Origin: Priapulus caudatus
Lineage: Eukaryota
Reading direction: 5' to 3'
Assembly: GCF_000485595.1 (NCBI RefSeq)
Contig: NW_014577085.1
Span: forward strand, 194,457-214,456
DNA: 20,000 bases
Shown here: positions 1 to 12,280 of the stretch, piece by piece
Position numbering within the stretch: position 1 is the stretch's first letter
Layout of the letters: each line of letters opens with the position of its first letter
Made by a program: the position numbers and the translations under genes
Notes under the pieces: model-generated
What the model was told of the DNA's origin: nothing
Databases searched by the model: none
Seen by the model: only the letters and a program-made list of their open reading frames with translations

Positions 1-819
1 CCGTACCTAGTGATGTCGGCGGTGGGAGGTGGGGCAGGGGGCGGGCGGGAATCAAATGTGCACTGGTTGTTAGCTTGCGTTAAACGCCGTGCCTGGGTTT
101 TCGGTGAGTTGGGATTGGCGTTGGCGCTTCGTTGAGCAAGCCGCGTTACGTAACTCACTTAATAAACGATCGAGTATGAAGTCGTAAATAAAAAATGTTC
201 AATCACGTTCGCAGCTTAACAACGGTGCCCGAGATGCATCGATCGACAGACCTGAGTCTGTGAGGCATTCACGTACGTGCAGTGCGGGAATGCGAGTGAC
301 AGCTGGCACACAATCATTTTACGCACATGCCAATTATTATCATTGTAGGAAAGCTATTTGCTTTGCAATCAGCTGCGTATAGCTTTCGCGTATGGTTTCG
401 CAAAAATAATGTTCCACGTTGTGTGGTGCGGGGTGCACTTTACTTATTACATTCTTAGTACATTCAACGGGGGGGTTCCATGACGCAGGAAATTGCAATA
501 TGGAAATGTGTTTATTATTCTATATATCTATCTATAATCTATATATTATTTACTGTTGTCGTGTTTATCGGCGTTGTTTATCCACTTCTTCATCAGCTCG
601 TCGCGAGCTGTGGTATATTTCATGTTTTACTTATGGCACTGCTCCACAAATAGTAAATGGCAATTCTTTGATAAATATTTAATAACATCGATAAGCCGCG
701 ACGTTTTCGGTGTCAGTGGCCACAGCGGGCTGTATTAAATCTTCAGCTGCTCTGCCCATCGTAGCACGTCACGACTGTTGTAATCACCCGCGGAGTGGCA
801 ACCAACCAGCTCGCGCGCG

Positions 820-904
820 TAACAAGCACCATAACAATCACCATAACAAGCACCATAACAATCACTAGATAACGATCACGTAACCGTCGTCATAACAATC
901 ACGT
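820..904. repeat. Short degenerate ~12-bp tandem repeat (CATAACAAKCAC)
   Basis: About 6-7 copies of cataacaa(t/g)cac, decaying toward the right. Confidence 0.8.
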
Positions 905-1607
905 AAAAATAAATTACACTGATTATTATATAGCCGTTTGAAGACCCATCTCTGCGGGTGCACGCGTGCAGTAAATTTATGTCATCATTAATTTTTTAAG
1001 CGCTTGACAAATGCTGCGGCATGCAGATAACCTAGACGTGTGGGTTGTACATTGTCCGATACACGCTGCACTGAATTAATACCCGAGCGCCTCGAGGTTG
1101 ACGGCAAACAAATGTGCTCGAGAAAGATGCGCCGCTGAATATATGTTACGTGAAGTTTTTCTCTCGACCGTGCGCGCGATGACTGCGTTATAATTGACGC
1201 ACAGATGAAACGGCTACAAAATAAAAGGGAAGCCATTAGCAGCCATTAGTGGCAGCATAGAGAAGCAGCCGAGGCGTCGCGGATGTGGTTATTCTGAAAT
1301 AGCACTATTCATTGTTAGCGCGGAACCAGGACAAGTGGCATCTTTTAGACGCGAGATAAGTGCCGATACTCATTAAAATACAACTGTTACTTTATATGGG
1401 CGCTGTGGTGCCGTATCACGTAACCAGTGTCCACTAGTCCCGGTCAGGTGTTTCACGATTTCTTATGTAGTCGGTTAGCGTGTCGCATGGAAGTAGTTGG
1501 GAGAGGCAGTGAAAAAACCACATTAACGAAATTAGAAACCGACATAAAAGAAGAGTGCGGAGAGGGATGTTAGGATACTGAAAATAAAATTATATAATAT
1601 GCTTGTA

Positions 1608-1716
1608 CATGTGTGTGTGTGTGCGTGTGTGTGCGTGCGTGTGCGTGCGTGCGTGCGTGCGTGCGCGCGCGCGCACGTGTGCGTGTGTGTCCGTGTGTGC
1701 GTGCGTGCGTGTATGT
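1608..1716. repeat. Compound (GT)n/(GCGT)n microsatellite
   Basis: Directly visible. Confidence 0.95.
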
Positions 1717-2663
1717 GATAAAGAAACAGAGAGCGCGAGAGAAAGGTAGTGTGGCGTGAGTGATAAAGTAAAGGGTGGTAGATACTAGATACACAGGGAA
1801 TGTGAGAGAAGGAGCAGCAAACGCGGAAGACTAGATGGGGAAAATAATTGGCTCAATTTTGAGTGTGCAAAAAGTGTCGTTTCTGGAGAATACAGCCAGC
1901 ACGAGGGCGAAACCTCACGGTGTATACAGTGTAGATATAATTTGTCGAAAGTAAGTAATAAAGATGGTCTCGTTGGATGATGCTCTTCAAGACATTTTAG
2001 TTGCTCATCCGCGGGGATATTATGTGGGTGTGCGTGTGGGTGGAGGTTTGCTAATGGAACTCGTTCGTAAAGTGTGCACTTCATGTCCGCACCGTCTGTC
2101 CCTAATGTCGCCGTGCGTTTTTCAGTTGCTACGTACAGTTGCCCGTGCTCATCTCATGTGCAAGGCCCGCGTATAATGTAGTAACAACGTATGTCCATCC
2201 ATCCCTGCGCGGGGTTTGATGCGTATAAGCCGAGGTCCTGCGTGTGCTCGTTATTAAATGTAATAAGCATGGATTACCCGGCTCGCCACGACTGCATTTA
2301 TTCATCATGCACGCACAGAGACCACGCCGTGACTCGCCTTTCTTCGCCGTCAGTCTCGTATTTTCATTATCCCTTCTCGTCGCAAAACCTTTTTTGTCAC
2401 TTCAGACGTCAACGCACTTCTAAAATTCTAGTAATTTCCTGCTGTGTGTAGTATGGGCTATAGATATTAGGATGAGGTGTGCGTTGGAAAGATATGATGT
2501 AGTTTTTTCGGCCCCCTGACTGGCGCTCCGGTGAGACAATGCACGTACCTCTTCTTCACCCTACAAATAACACATTTTACGCATTATGAGAGGTTCCGAG
2601 GTACCCAAAATTCAAGGTAATAATACGGAAAAAGGTTTTACTGCATAATAGTCCTCCCAAGTA

Positions 2664-2933
2664 CTAGGGTACCGTTGTCAGAAACAAAATTAGTCTTAAC
2701 ATTAGTCTTAAAACAGCGACTCGTAGACCGTTGATAGAAATATCGCAAAGTTACGAGAATGAAAAATTCTAGCAAAGAAAAAAATCCTAAAAAATCCTAG
2801 CCTCTCTCGTAACTTTAAGATTATCGTAAGCTTTCTCATAGCTGTATTCTCGTTACATTAGCATTAGTCGCAAGTGCAATCTTAGCATTAACATTAGCAT
2901 TAACGTTACGATGTTTCTGATAACGGCCCCAGG
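2664..2933. mobile_element. Putative MITE, ~270 bp, possibly PIF/Harbinger-like
   Basis: Imperfect terminal inverted repeats: ctagggtaccgttgtcagaaaca (2664-2686) versus tgtttctgataacggccccagg (2912-2933), with a 15-bp core carrying 1 mismatch. Internal inverted motifs aagttacgaga/tctcgtaactt. TSD not resolved. Confidence 0.5.
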
Positions 2934-3022
2934 TATATACTCACCTGTATATATGCACACGTGATGTTACCTCTCAAATCCCCAATATTTTATTATTCCT
3001 CCGCCTAACAGCTTATAGTATA

Positions 3023-4338
3023 CTAGCTGGGCTACCCGGCGATGCCCGGGATAAAGGAGAAAAGAGCTCGAATTTAGTCTGCCATCACGGCTGTACTGAT
3101 CTTATTCGGATTTTATAAATCTGTCCCAAGAATTTCACTTCTGTTCAGTTTTGCAGCGCTTCTTGGTACACAACATTCTTGGTCTTGCCATCTTGAGAGA
3201 GGATGTAGAGGTTGTCTGGGTTACCCACCCTGGAGCACCCCACATAGAGCTGGCCATGGGAGAACACTGGCTCACTGAGGTTGAGTCTAACCACCTTGAG
3301 GGACTGGCCCTGGGCCTTGTTGATGGACATGGCAAAGCTCAGCTTGACTGGAAACTGCAGCCTCTTAAACTTAAATGGCAGGTGTGATGGGATGAGCGGA
3401 TCCTTGGATGAAAGACAAATTTTCGCCCTTGCCCTGCCTGTCATGACTTTGGCTTCGATGACTCTGGGCACTGACTGCTTTATACTGTGAGCCTTGTGCC
3501 GTTTGCAGAGCTGTGAGCAATCCAGGTTGCGCATGTACGCAATCAGGCGCGTCGACCTGAGCCACCAAAGTGTGTGGTGCAACCTGGGCGACGCCAGTCT
3601 GTTGAGAAACCATCGGTCGGATAGTGCACCACCTGGTCATGATCACGAACTGTGTCCATTGACTTGTAGCTCGTTTGGGTCGCCTAGGCAGTTGCTCACA
3701 ACAGCTTGGCGTTGATGTCATCCACGACCAAATTCTTGAGCAAGGCATGGCTCGCTCGCCATCAGCCAGTCCTTGGTCTGGTAGTGGAGGTGGAGGTTTT
3801 GGGAAGACTTTGGTCCTCAAGCTGGGGATGTCCGCCGCTGCTTTGCCGAATGGCAAAGCTTGACTTGGCCAATGCAGCTGCTGATGGTGAAGTCTGTCAT
3901 TGCCGACCTCCAGCAAGTTGCATGAGAGAAGCGGCCAGCTTTCATTCATACGCCGCTGAGCTGCACCCTCATGTTGGTCTCAGGCTGTGTGGTTCAGCCT
4001 TGCTCCCAGAGTAGGACGACTGTGATGCAGGCATTGACAGGCATCTGCTCTTGTTCCTTTGGCGATGACTGGCAAGGTTTGGCCTAAAAAAACCTATCAT
4101 ATTTACCTACAAAATGGCCCGAAAAAGTGGAGTTCTCAAAAAAGGGTAATATCTTTTTCTCTTTTTTCTCCTTATGTTTCTCTTTTTTTGAATTTTTTTG
4201 CCTAAAATGGTCGTCGCGTCATGCTGATTCAGAATATATATGGTGTTGGGGGTCACCTCTTACGGGTCTCGAGAAGATAGACGGACAGACAGACAGACAG
4301 ATCCGGCCATTTATGTAGGACTAGGAAATACTGTAGGA
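3023..4338 (-). mobile_element. Non-autonomous, internally deleted Helitron
   Basis: The minus-strand 3' end is a CCCGG-N6-CCGGG hairpin (3035-3050), then 8 nt, then CTAG (3026-3023) followed by host T. The 5' region has a (CTGT)n microsatellite (4281-4301) and three TCCTA motifs (4320, 4326, 4338); only 4338 gives the canonical A|TC start. Helicase remnant inside. Confidence 0.88.
3145..4081 (-). pseudogene. C-terminal half of the Helitron RepHel PIF1-like (SF1B) helicase, 5'-truncated and multiply frameshifted
   Basis: Collinear motifs across shifting frames: QTLPVIAKGTRAD (4081-4043), TNMRVQL (3978-3958), LLEVGND..KVFP, YKSMDTVRDHDQVVHYP (3668-3618), MRNLD..LC, VIEAKVMTG, then the intact tail PLIPSHLPFKFKRLQFPVKLSFAMSINKAQGQSL..PVFSHGQLYVGCSRV..TKNVVYQEAL with stop at 3145-3147. 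Confidence 0.92.
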
Positions 4339-5291
4339 TATTCTAGTACAGTGTATGATACAAGGCAGGTAGCTATAAGAAATCGTTTAGAAACCACTGG
4401 TACTAGACTATCCTACATCGACAAGCTCACCGAAATTGAACTAGCGAAATCAATATAGATACATCAGATAAGTCAATTGCGTTACAGTTACTTGATGGCC
4501 GGCACTGGGCGACCTACATACGTTACTTTTCCCCGCACTGAAAACCGGATCTAGAACATAAACATTTGTTAGTCGGTGTCGTCCATTTTAGAGGCGGCGT
4601 GCCTGCTTACACCCAAAGCTGAGAAGTACCACGCAACGGTAAACTGATAGCGATGTATAGCTGCTTATTTCCATAGAGTGTCATTATGTTCGTCGTTGTC
4701 AATGCATTGAATATATCGTAGTGCTGTATATTTCTATCAGTATAGTTTCCAAACAAATCGACTCGTGTTTCTAGTAAGAACAATGCCAGCAGCTGCCCGC
4801 ATCTCTCTAGCACGCTCTCTGTGTTAGCTTCGTGGCGATGTGTTCTCGTGCAGGCTTGTAAGTGTAATTAGGTTTCCTGGTTGATAGCAGTGGCACGCGG
4901 ATTAACCTTTGCTTTATTTTCCCATTTCAACATATATACCGCGACCGGCGAAAGGAGCTTACCGGAAAACTATTCTGTGAAAGCCATGTAGCTTAAGTGG
5001 CTATTTCGTTTGATTTCTGGGAAAACAGTATAGCGGGAGACCGACAGGGGGAACACGTGATGGTTCCTGAGATGTGTGCAGAGAGACGTGTGCAGACACG
5101 GGTATATCTGCAGATATGAAACATCGCGGCATCCCTGCTATATGTAGTACGTGTCGACGGTGTCGTATTAAAAGAATATGGCTGTTTAAATTAAATCCCT
5201 CCTTTAAGGTTTGAAATTTAGAATTTTTATTTCCACATATATGCAAACGTTTGCATCGCACACCCGAACACACGCACGCCCGTACGCAAAC

Positions 5292-5422
5292 ACGAACGAA
5301 CGATCGAACGAACGAACGAACGAACGAACGAACGAACGAACGAACGAACGAACGAACGAACGAAAGAACGAACGAACGAACGAACGAACGAATGAACGAG
5401 CGAATGAATGAACGAACGAACG
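5292..5422. repeat. (AACG)n tetranucleotide microsatellite
   Basis: About 32 units with a few AATG/AAAG variants. Confidence 0.97.
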
Positions 5423-5928
5423 CACAGACGCTCACACACACATGTGCCTACTAAATCGAATGGGCTTTATACATAACGAAAAGACAAATGGAACCGGTTT
5501 AAGCACTATCTGTGCATAGAATGCATGGCCTAGGCTAGAATGAGGCGAGGGATAGCCAGGCCGCGGGGAATACGCAAGGAAAGGGAAATGATCAGGGGCG
5601 CGAGAGTATCTAGGTTCTTTGTATTATATGGACAAGGGCTTATATCTCAGATATTACGTACATGCGGGTAAATGTCGCAGTAATAGACATCTGTCGATAA
5701 AAGCACAGAGATCTGCTGACGCTATCCTAAACCAACAACCGGGTCGAATAATGGAATAACGAACCGGGTCAATTAATTGTATATATTTTCCGTATCTCTA
5801 CAGAGAAATATCATATATTATACAATAATTGCGGGTACAGTCGTTTTTAGCTCGCCTTGACATCGTCAAGATGAGCTATTGCCATGATGCGTTGTCCGTC
5901 GTACGTCCGTCCGTCCGTCAACATTTGG

Positions 5929-6682
5929 CTACGGTCAACGATAATTGAGAACCGTTTGACCCATATGTTTCATACAGTTGTTACTCCTATGGGAGAGATG
6001 TGAACGTCCTATTTTGGATCACGCCAGTTGACCTACTTTTGAGCCACGCCCACTTTGTGGCAAAAATGGAAATGACCATAAGTCAGTTCAGGTTCAACGG
6101 ATTTTGCTCATTTTTGGCATGTGAATGAATAAGGACTGGCCCCAAGACATATCACAGGGCTTTTGATATTTTTTTTAAATTATGCGAATTAGGTAGATTT
6201 TGGCAATTTCACTATGCATTTCAGTGTATGCCTACGGTCAACGATAACTCAAGAACCGTTTGACCCACATGTTTCAAATTGCATACAGTTGTTACTCCTA
6301 CGGGAGAGATTTGAACGTCCTATTTTGGAGCACGCCAGTCGACCTACTTTCGAGCCACGCCCACTTTTTGGCAAAAATGGAAATGGTCATAAGTCAGTTC
6401 AGGTTTAACGGATTTTGCTCATTGTTTATATGTGAATGAATAAGGACTGGCCCCAAAACATATCTTGAAAATTATGCAAATTAGGTAGATTTTGCCAATT
6501 TCACTATGCATTTCAGTGGCTGCCTACGGTCAACGATAACTCGAGAACCGTTTGACCTACATGTTTCAAATTGCATACAGTTGTTACTCCTATGGGAGAG
6601 ATTTGAACGTCCTATTTTGGAGCACGCCAGTCGACCTACTTTCGAGCCACGCCCACTTTTTGGCAAAAATGAAAATGGCCAT
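5929..6682 (+). repeat. ~300-bp tandem repeat, ~2.5 copies, inside the HINE
   Basis: Units start at ctacggtcaacgataa at 5929, 6232 and 6524 (periods 303 and 292). High identity; the third copy is truncated. Confidence 0.95.
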
Positions 6683-6708
6683 CTAGATTCATTCGATTTT
6701 GTTAAATT

Positions 6709-6755
6709 TACCTACCTATACCTACCAACCTACCTACCTACCTAATCATACCTAC
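6709..6755. repeat. (CCTA)n microsatellite inside the HINE
   Basis: acctacctatacctaccaacctacctacctaccta. Confidence 0.85.
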
Positions 6756-9256
6756 GTGTAATATTGTGTTTTAGATTCTTCGTTACAGTAATTTGACTGG
6801 AATATTTTATTGCTTTTATTTGCACGATAATCAAAAATCAAAATGGTGATCATTTAGGCGTAGCGCCATCTCTCGCCCAGATTTCAGACTTTCAGATCTG
6901 AAACATTTATTTTAGCATCAAAACTAACCCTGAAACAAAGCAGTGAAATTTCTATTAGTATAAAACAGGGAATAACGACATTTGATCAAATTTCGGTCCG
7001 TTATAAATGAAACACTTACCAAATTTTAAATATCATCTCCCTCTTCTATCACACCCAAGGTGAGCTATAGTGTCATTGACACTTTCATTTAGATACAAGT
7101 TTTGTTCGAGTTATATTTGTTAATTACGTTCATGAACGTATAATAATTCTGCAGCAAACGGCACTGTTCGTTTGTTTTTACCTACCGAATCGTGCCTGAG
7201 GTTCTGGAAGGGTAACTGTGGACGTCGAATCATTCAAGGGTGGCATGAAAACGTAATTTACCTAAGGTAAGCAGGATGCTGAAAATGCGCTTCCCCTAGT
7301 TGATGCCTATTAGACTTTAGACATTTTTTCGTAGCTGGAGAATTGTAAGATGGGTATAATACACCCTGTGCCATCGTCAGAGCGGGTTTAGGAATTTCTA
7401 TCCTTATATGTGTAATATAGTCCATTTCTCGCCAATTTTAAGTTTGCAGTGTGATTTACGATCATGATAGTTTTAAAGGTAAAATAGCAATCATGGAACT
7501 AAAACTATCACATTATCACACTATATCCCTGCACTATTCGTCCTTTATATGGCTAACAAATGACAAACATGGGAATTATTATCTACGCAAGAATAATATT
7601 GTATCGATTTTCTAAGCTAGTGATTTTCGTGACAATATTCGCCTGTATAATTTCGACGTTGCAAATGATCATGATTTTTCTGAAATGAACATTATCGTGG
7701 TGCCGTAGAATATTTATAAGAATTGAAGCTGATATTAACAAATTTTTTACTTTGCTTCTGATCATCTAAAGCACCACTCACTAATGACATATCATCAGGT
7801 AATCACATTTTCAGCATTGTTCTGTCTCCTCATTTGTGCTGAGCTCCCGCAATGAATTGAAATAATATAGACACTGTGAATTCCGTCTGAATGCCCCTGA
7901 CAGTTTATCCAGTTACTCGCCCGAGCACATATAGCGCTCTTCGTCATTGCGGGTGTGAGATCCACATAGCTACTACAAAATCTCTCTAATTACTATCTAA
8001 ATTATAATCTAAATTCAAATTATAATCACATTTTGTTTGCGCGACCAGAAACCTTACACCGTTAATACAATAATTGCTACTAATGCTTACTGAAGCTGTC
8101 AAAGTGCATGTTTCACACATTACTAGATAATCGGACGTGTTAAGTTCAAGGTGTTTGCTATAGCTAGCTACCTGATGTCTTACCGCCTCCTTACCATCCG
8201 CGAGATTGTGAGCACCGCGGCTCTAGCATCTCGCTTTTTTTTAAATATATAAATATTAAATTTTTATTAATTACACGTGTAACCATGATAATAAGCTATG
8301 ACTCGGCGTCGTGCACCCCCCAAGAGCGATGCTTTGTATCGTCTGTAACATGTGTTAGGAAACGTCTGCTCCCTAAGGTATATGCCATGCAGGAAATCGA
8401 CCCCCTCCATTTCACAATTCGAATCAATTGAAGGGAGCGTCGTATAGATTTGTATCGCAGAATAATTTATTTCACTACACAAACAAGGGTATAGCAACAC
8501 ACACATTAGCGAGCATTGAGAGTAAAATATTCACATTATGCAGGCGACGTGAAATTGGATGGGCGCATATATATACGCGAATCGCATCTAAACATTTTAT
8601 AAATGAGTGAAAACTTATTGTTCGCGGGCATCAAGTGAATAGGAGCTTTTTCGTTCGCACGCCACTCGCGCGAAGGTACTTTGTCGATCACAGTGCGTTT
8701 TCTGGAGAGCCTCACTTTTCTTCATGCGTGCGGTTGAGTGCAAAGCGGTCAGGTGGACCCGACAGCTCGTGTTGGTCATGTCCGCGTAATACGCTGTACA
8801 GACGCACGACGCAGAATTACAGTGAGCCAAGCGGACAGCATTCACATCTCCGCAACTCCGAAAATGTTTTTTTTCAAAATCCCAGTGTTTTTAAAAATTC
8901 AGCAATTTATTACGTGACCTGCAAGTATTATAGACTTTCAAAATGTATGCCTTGTATGCGGCATCATGTGCCATTGTGGTATGTCACATGCACATTATTG
9001 TACATCAACATCACAACATATATCATATCAGGAGATATCATCATATCATGGCATGCAACATCACGCGCCATCATGATGTCATCAGGAGTGAATAATTGAT
9101 CATTATTCTATTATTCACTTCTGATGGATGACATTGTACTCGTTATACGCCATCGTAACATCAGCACAGACATCATGATGTCATATATCATCGTCTCACG
9201 CTATATATATTACGCAATATTTCACATATTTTACACAATATTTTACGTATATTGCG

Positions 9257-9396
9257 CAATTATTGCATGGTTGCGAGGGAAACATGGAGATTTATGGGGT
9301 TTAGGAAAAGAAGGTTGCCCGAGACTGGAGGTCGAGGATAACATTAAAAGTCCACAAAAGTGCATGTTACACGTATAACCAGGCGATATATAATTG
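9257..9396. repeat. Degenerate ~140-bp foldback palindrome, possibly a relic of a non-autonomous DNA transposon
   Basis: Left arm caattattgcatggtt...aacatg...tttatggggttt versus reverse complement of the right arm caattatatatcgcctggtt...aacatg...ttttgtggacttt; GC-rich centre. Confidence 0.4.
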
Positions 9397-10797
9397 TTGT
9401 GTTATATATTATGTAAAATCAAATAATGCTGTTACTGGCGCTGGTTGTGAGCGATGAGACCAGCCAAGATGCTAGGAACAATTCGACATAATAGCCATAG
9501 GCCGCTCATGATTTATTTAGCATAACTTAATAAACCTGAACTCAAACGTAGCTTAAGCATTTGATAACCATCGACCGTAATCGTTTTTCCCCATACATCA
9601 TAATCCAAGGTATCTCAAATTTACCACGTTCATTCAATGATGGCGCATGCAAACTCGTAACCAAATCGCAGCTAGTGACAAGAATTTCTTGGGGATGATG
9701 TGGGGATTTGGCAGGAAATTTCGTAGTGCAGTTGCAGGTTAGGATAAATCATACTCTTGATGTTACTATCATTCAGCAGCGGCAATAATTTCCCGGTATC
9801 GCATCGCAATTCCGATGTATTTTCACCATTTGCCTACGCATATTTTTTTATGAATTCGCAGTGTGCATGCAGCCCATGCGAGATGCCTAAACGGAAACAT
9901 ACATGTTTACAATTTACTTTTTCTCGCGGCTGCTTTGCCCGTCAATTGAAATGCCCACGGTACGCCGATTTTATTACTTGTTAACACCAAGGCCAACGTG
10001 ACTTTATTAAACAATCCTGCACTCCCCCCCCCTCCCCGTACATTCAAATCAATACTGCCGCCCAGGCCACTATACACAGCCACGCTGTCGCTGGCGCTGC
10101 CTACGCTCTCGCGGGCTGCTTTCTGCGGGGACCTTTTGCATAATATAAAGTGTAGGATGTCGTGGTCGAGAGTCGCGATAGCTGCCCTTCACTAATCGCC
10201 TAGAACTGTATTTCACAATCTTTTGGATATATAATTTAACGGAAACCAACGATTTGCATTAAAGTTTTAGACAATTAGTTTTACTCGCCAACATGGCCGA
10301 GTCAGTTTAGCTTTCACTCGCCCGGCCCCATATTATTTTCACTCGACAATTGGCGAGCAGGGCGTGTCAAGCTCGCACTCTGTTTAAACGCTCGCCGGGC
10401 AGCGTACAGAATCTCGTTGTTGCTTCTAGCTGCTGCCTGTTACAGGCCGACACGATAACATCGCCAAGCTGCACTGCGGTGTAAATTTGCACTGCTGAAT
10501 TGTCTGAAAAAAAATGCATACACATTTATCCAATTGCCTATGCAAAATTTATTTTGTATAGTCACAATTGCTAATGCAAATTTTTTGGCTGCGAATTGCT
10601 TCCCTGAATTTAGGTATACAGATATTTATTGTCCTTGTACAAACGTTTGTTGGCCGGTCATCGTAGCAACCACCTGAATATTGATTTTCACACGGGCCGG
10701 CTTTTATTTAACGGCACGTGACATGCTCGGCACCAATTATTGCAATGCTGTATTTTTACACAAACACATATAAATAGTAAATTATTAAATTTATTTA

Positions 10798-11108
<311 letters not shown>

Positions 11109-11790
11109 AACAGTGACAGTGTATGCATATTAGCAGGACGTTTGTAGGAGTGATCATTGAAAGAATAACCTACGGAGTGATGATCTCCTGTCATGATTAC
11201 TGTACCTCATCGCGATAAACATCATATATGCTATCCTGTCATATGCTGTCAACATATGTCACCATATAGTATAAGTAATGGAAGAGCAAGTCTCATGACT
11301 CACGCTGCAATTGCCACATGAGCGCTATTCTCCGCCATGTCCAAGTTGTAACCTAAATTAGAAGTAAACATTTGCTACCGTATGTAATGAAACAAATGAG
11401 TTAGAAATTCACTAGGCGACGATTCTGGTGCGAAATGTGAAATAAATATATATTATGCTGCCGTAATCTACTATTATTCATTCGTAAATGAGTTTATATT
11501 ATGAATTTCTTGTTGCAATATTTGTTGCTATTTACTATTTGTTCATCCTACTGAATAATTCGTGAACATACACTAGCACACATGTGCGAGCAAGTTTATT
11601 TTTGAGCCGTGAACAGTCGTAATAATATTAGCTTTGTGAACCGTGTGACAACGGTATATAGAGGCTTACCCGATAATCGAGTCAGTGCATGTGGCGCATA
11701 GCGCGCGCGTGCGTCAGTGTGGTGCATATAACGCGCGCGCGTCAGTGTGGCTTACGATGGCGTGACACGGGTCACGTAGGCTACCGTACC

Positions 11791-12002
11791 TGTGTGTATG
11801 TGCGTGTGCGTGTGTGTGTGTGGGCACACACACACACACACAGGTTCCTGTGGGTGCGGGTGCGTGTACGTGTCTGTGATTGCGTGTACGTGCGTGTGTA
11901 TGTGTGCGTGTGCGTGTACGTGTCTGTGATTGCGTATACGTGCGTGTGTATGTGTGCGTGTGCGTGCGTGTGTATATGTGCGCGCGTGTATGTGCGCGTG
12001 CG
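11791..12002. repeat. GT-rich compound microsatellite containing a 50-bp tandem duplication
   Basis: tgcgtgtacgtgtctgtgat occurs at 11861 and 11911. Confidence 0.9.
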
Positions 12003-12237
12003 CTGGCGTTTAAAACCACATGTATATTGTGTCTCGGAGTGATACGATTTGCGATGCTGGTCATTACGTTTGGGATGGATGAGGGGCGTAATCGAATTCG
12101 GCGACGAGGTGATGAGGGAACGACTTGTTGCGAGCGGCGCGGCGGGCTGACGCTCCGCCAAGTACATTTTCTGCGACTCAGAAATATTATTTTCCGCACA
12201 AATCCCCGTATATGCGGTGCAAGCCCGCGCGACAGTT

Positions 12238-12280
12238 GCGCGTGCGTGCATGCGTGCGTGCGCGCGTGCGTGCGTGCGCG
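12238..12280. repeat. (GCGT)n microsatellite
   Basis: Directly visible. Confidence 0.9.

Larger units (their letters stand above)
5844..7090 (+). mobile_element. HINE/DINE-1-like non-autonomous Helentron-associated element with an internal tandem array
   Basis: In order: T-run; 5' subTIR tagctcgccttg (5848-5859) forming a 14-bp stem with gtcaagatgagcta (5865-5878); (GTCC)n (5894-5919); central ~300-bp tandem units; 3' subTIR caaggtgagcta (7056-7067, 11/12 match); terminal hairpin agtgtca-t-tgacact (7069-7083); T-rich end. Confidence 0.85.

Noticed and set aside
3145..3582. Host PIF1 helicase gene
   Set aside because: Intronless, truncated and bounded by Helitron termini, so it is a transposon remnant
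5001..5454. RSFV/TNER-repeat ORFs
   Set aside because: Produced by the (AACG)n microsatellite
6214..6745. Two near-identical short ORFs (MHFS..)
   Set aside because: By-products of the ~300-bp tandem unit inside the HINE; no recognisable domain
7155..7266. Possible plus-strand exon (ctgcag acceptor, AAG|GTAAGC donor, one open frame)
   Set aside because: Weak polypyrimidine tract, unrecognisable peptide and no partner exons
10281..10382. Clustered actcgcc/ggcgag motifs resembling a DNA-transposon subterminal region
   Set aside because: The opposite end could not be located; too fragmentary to call
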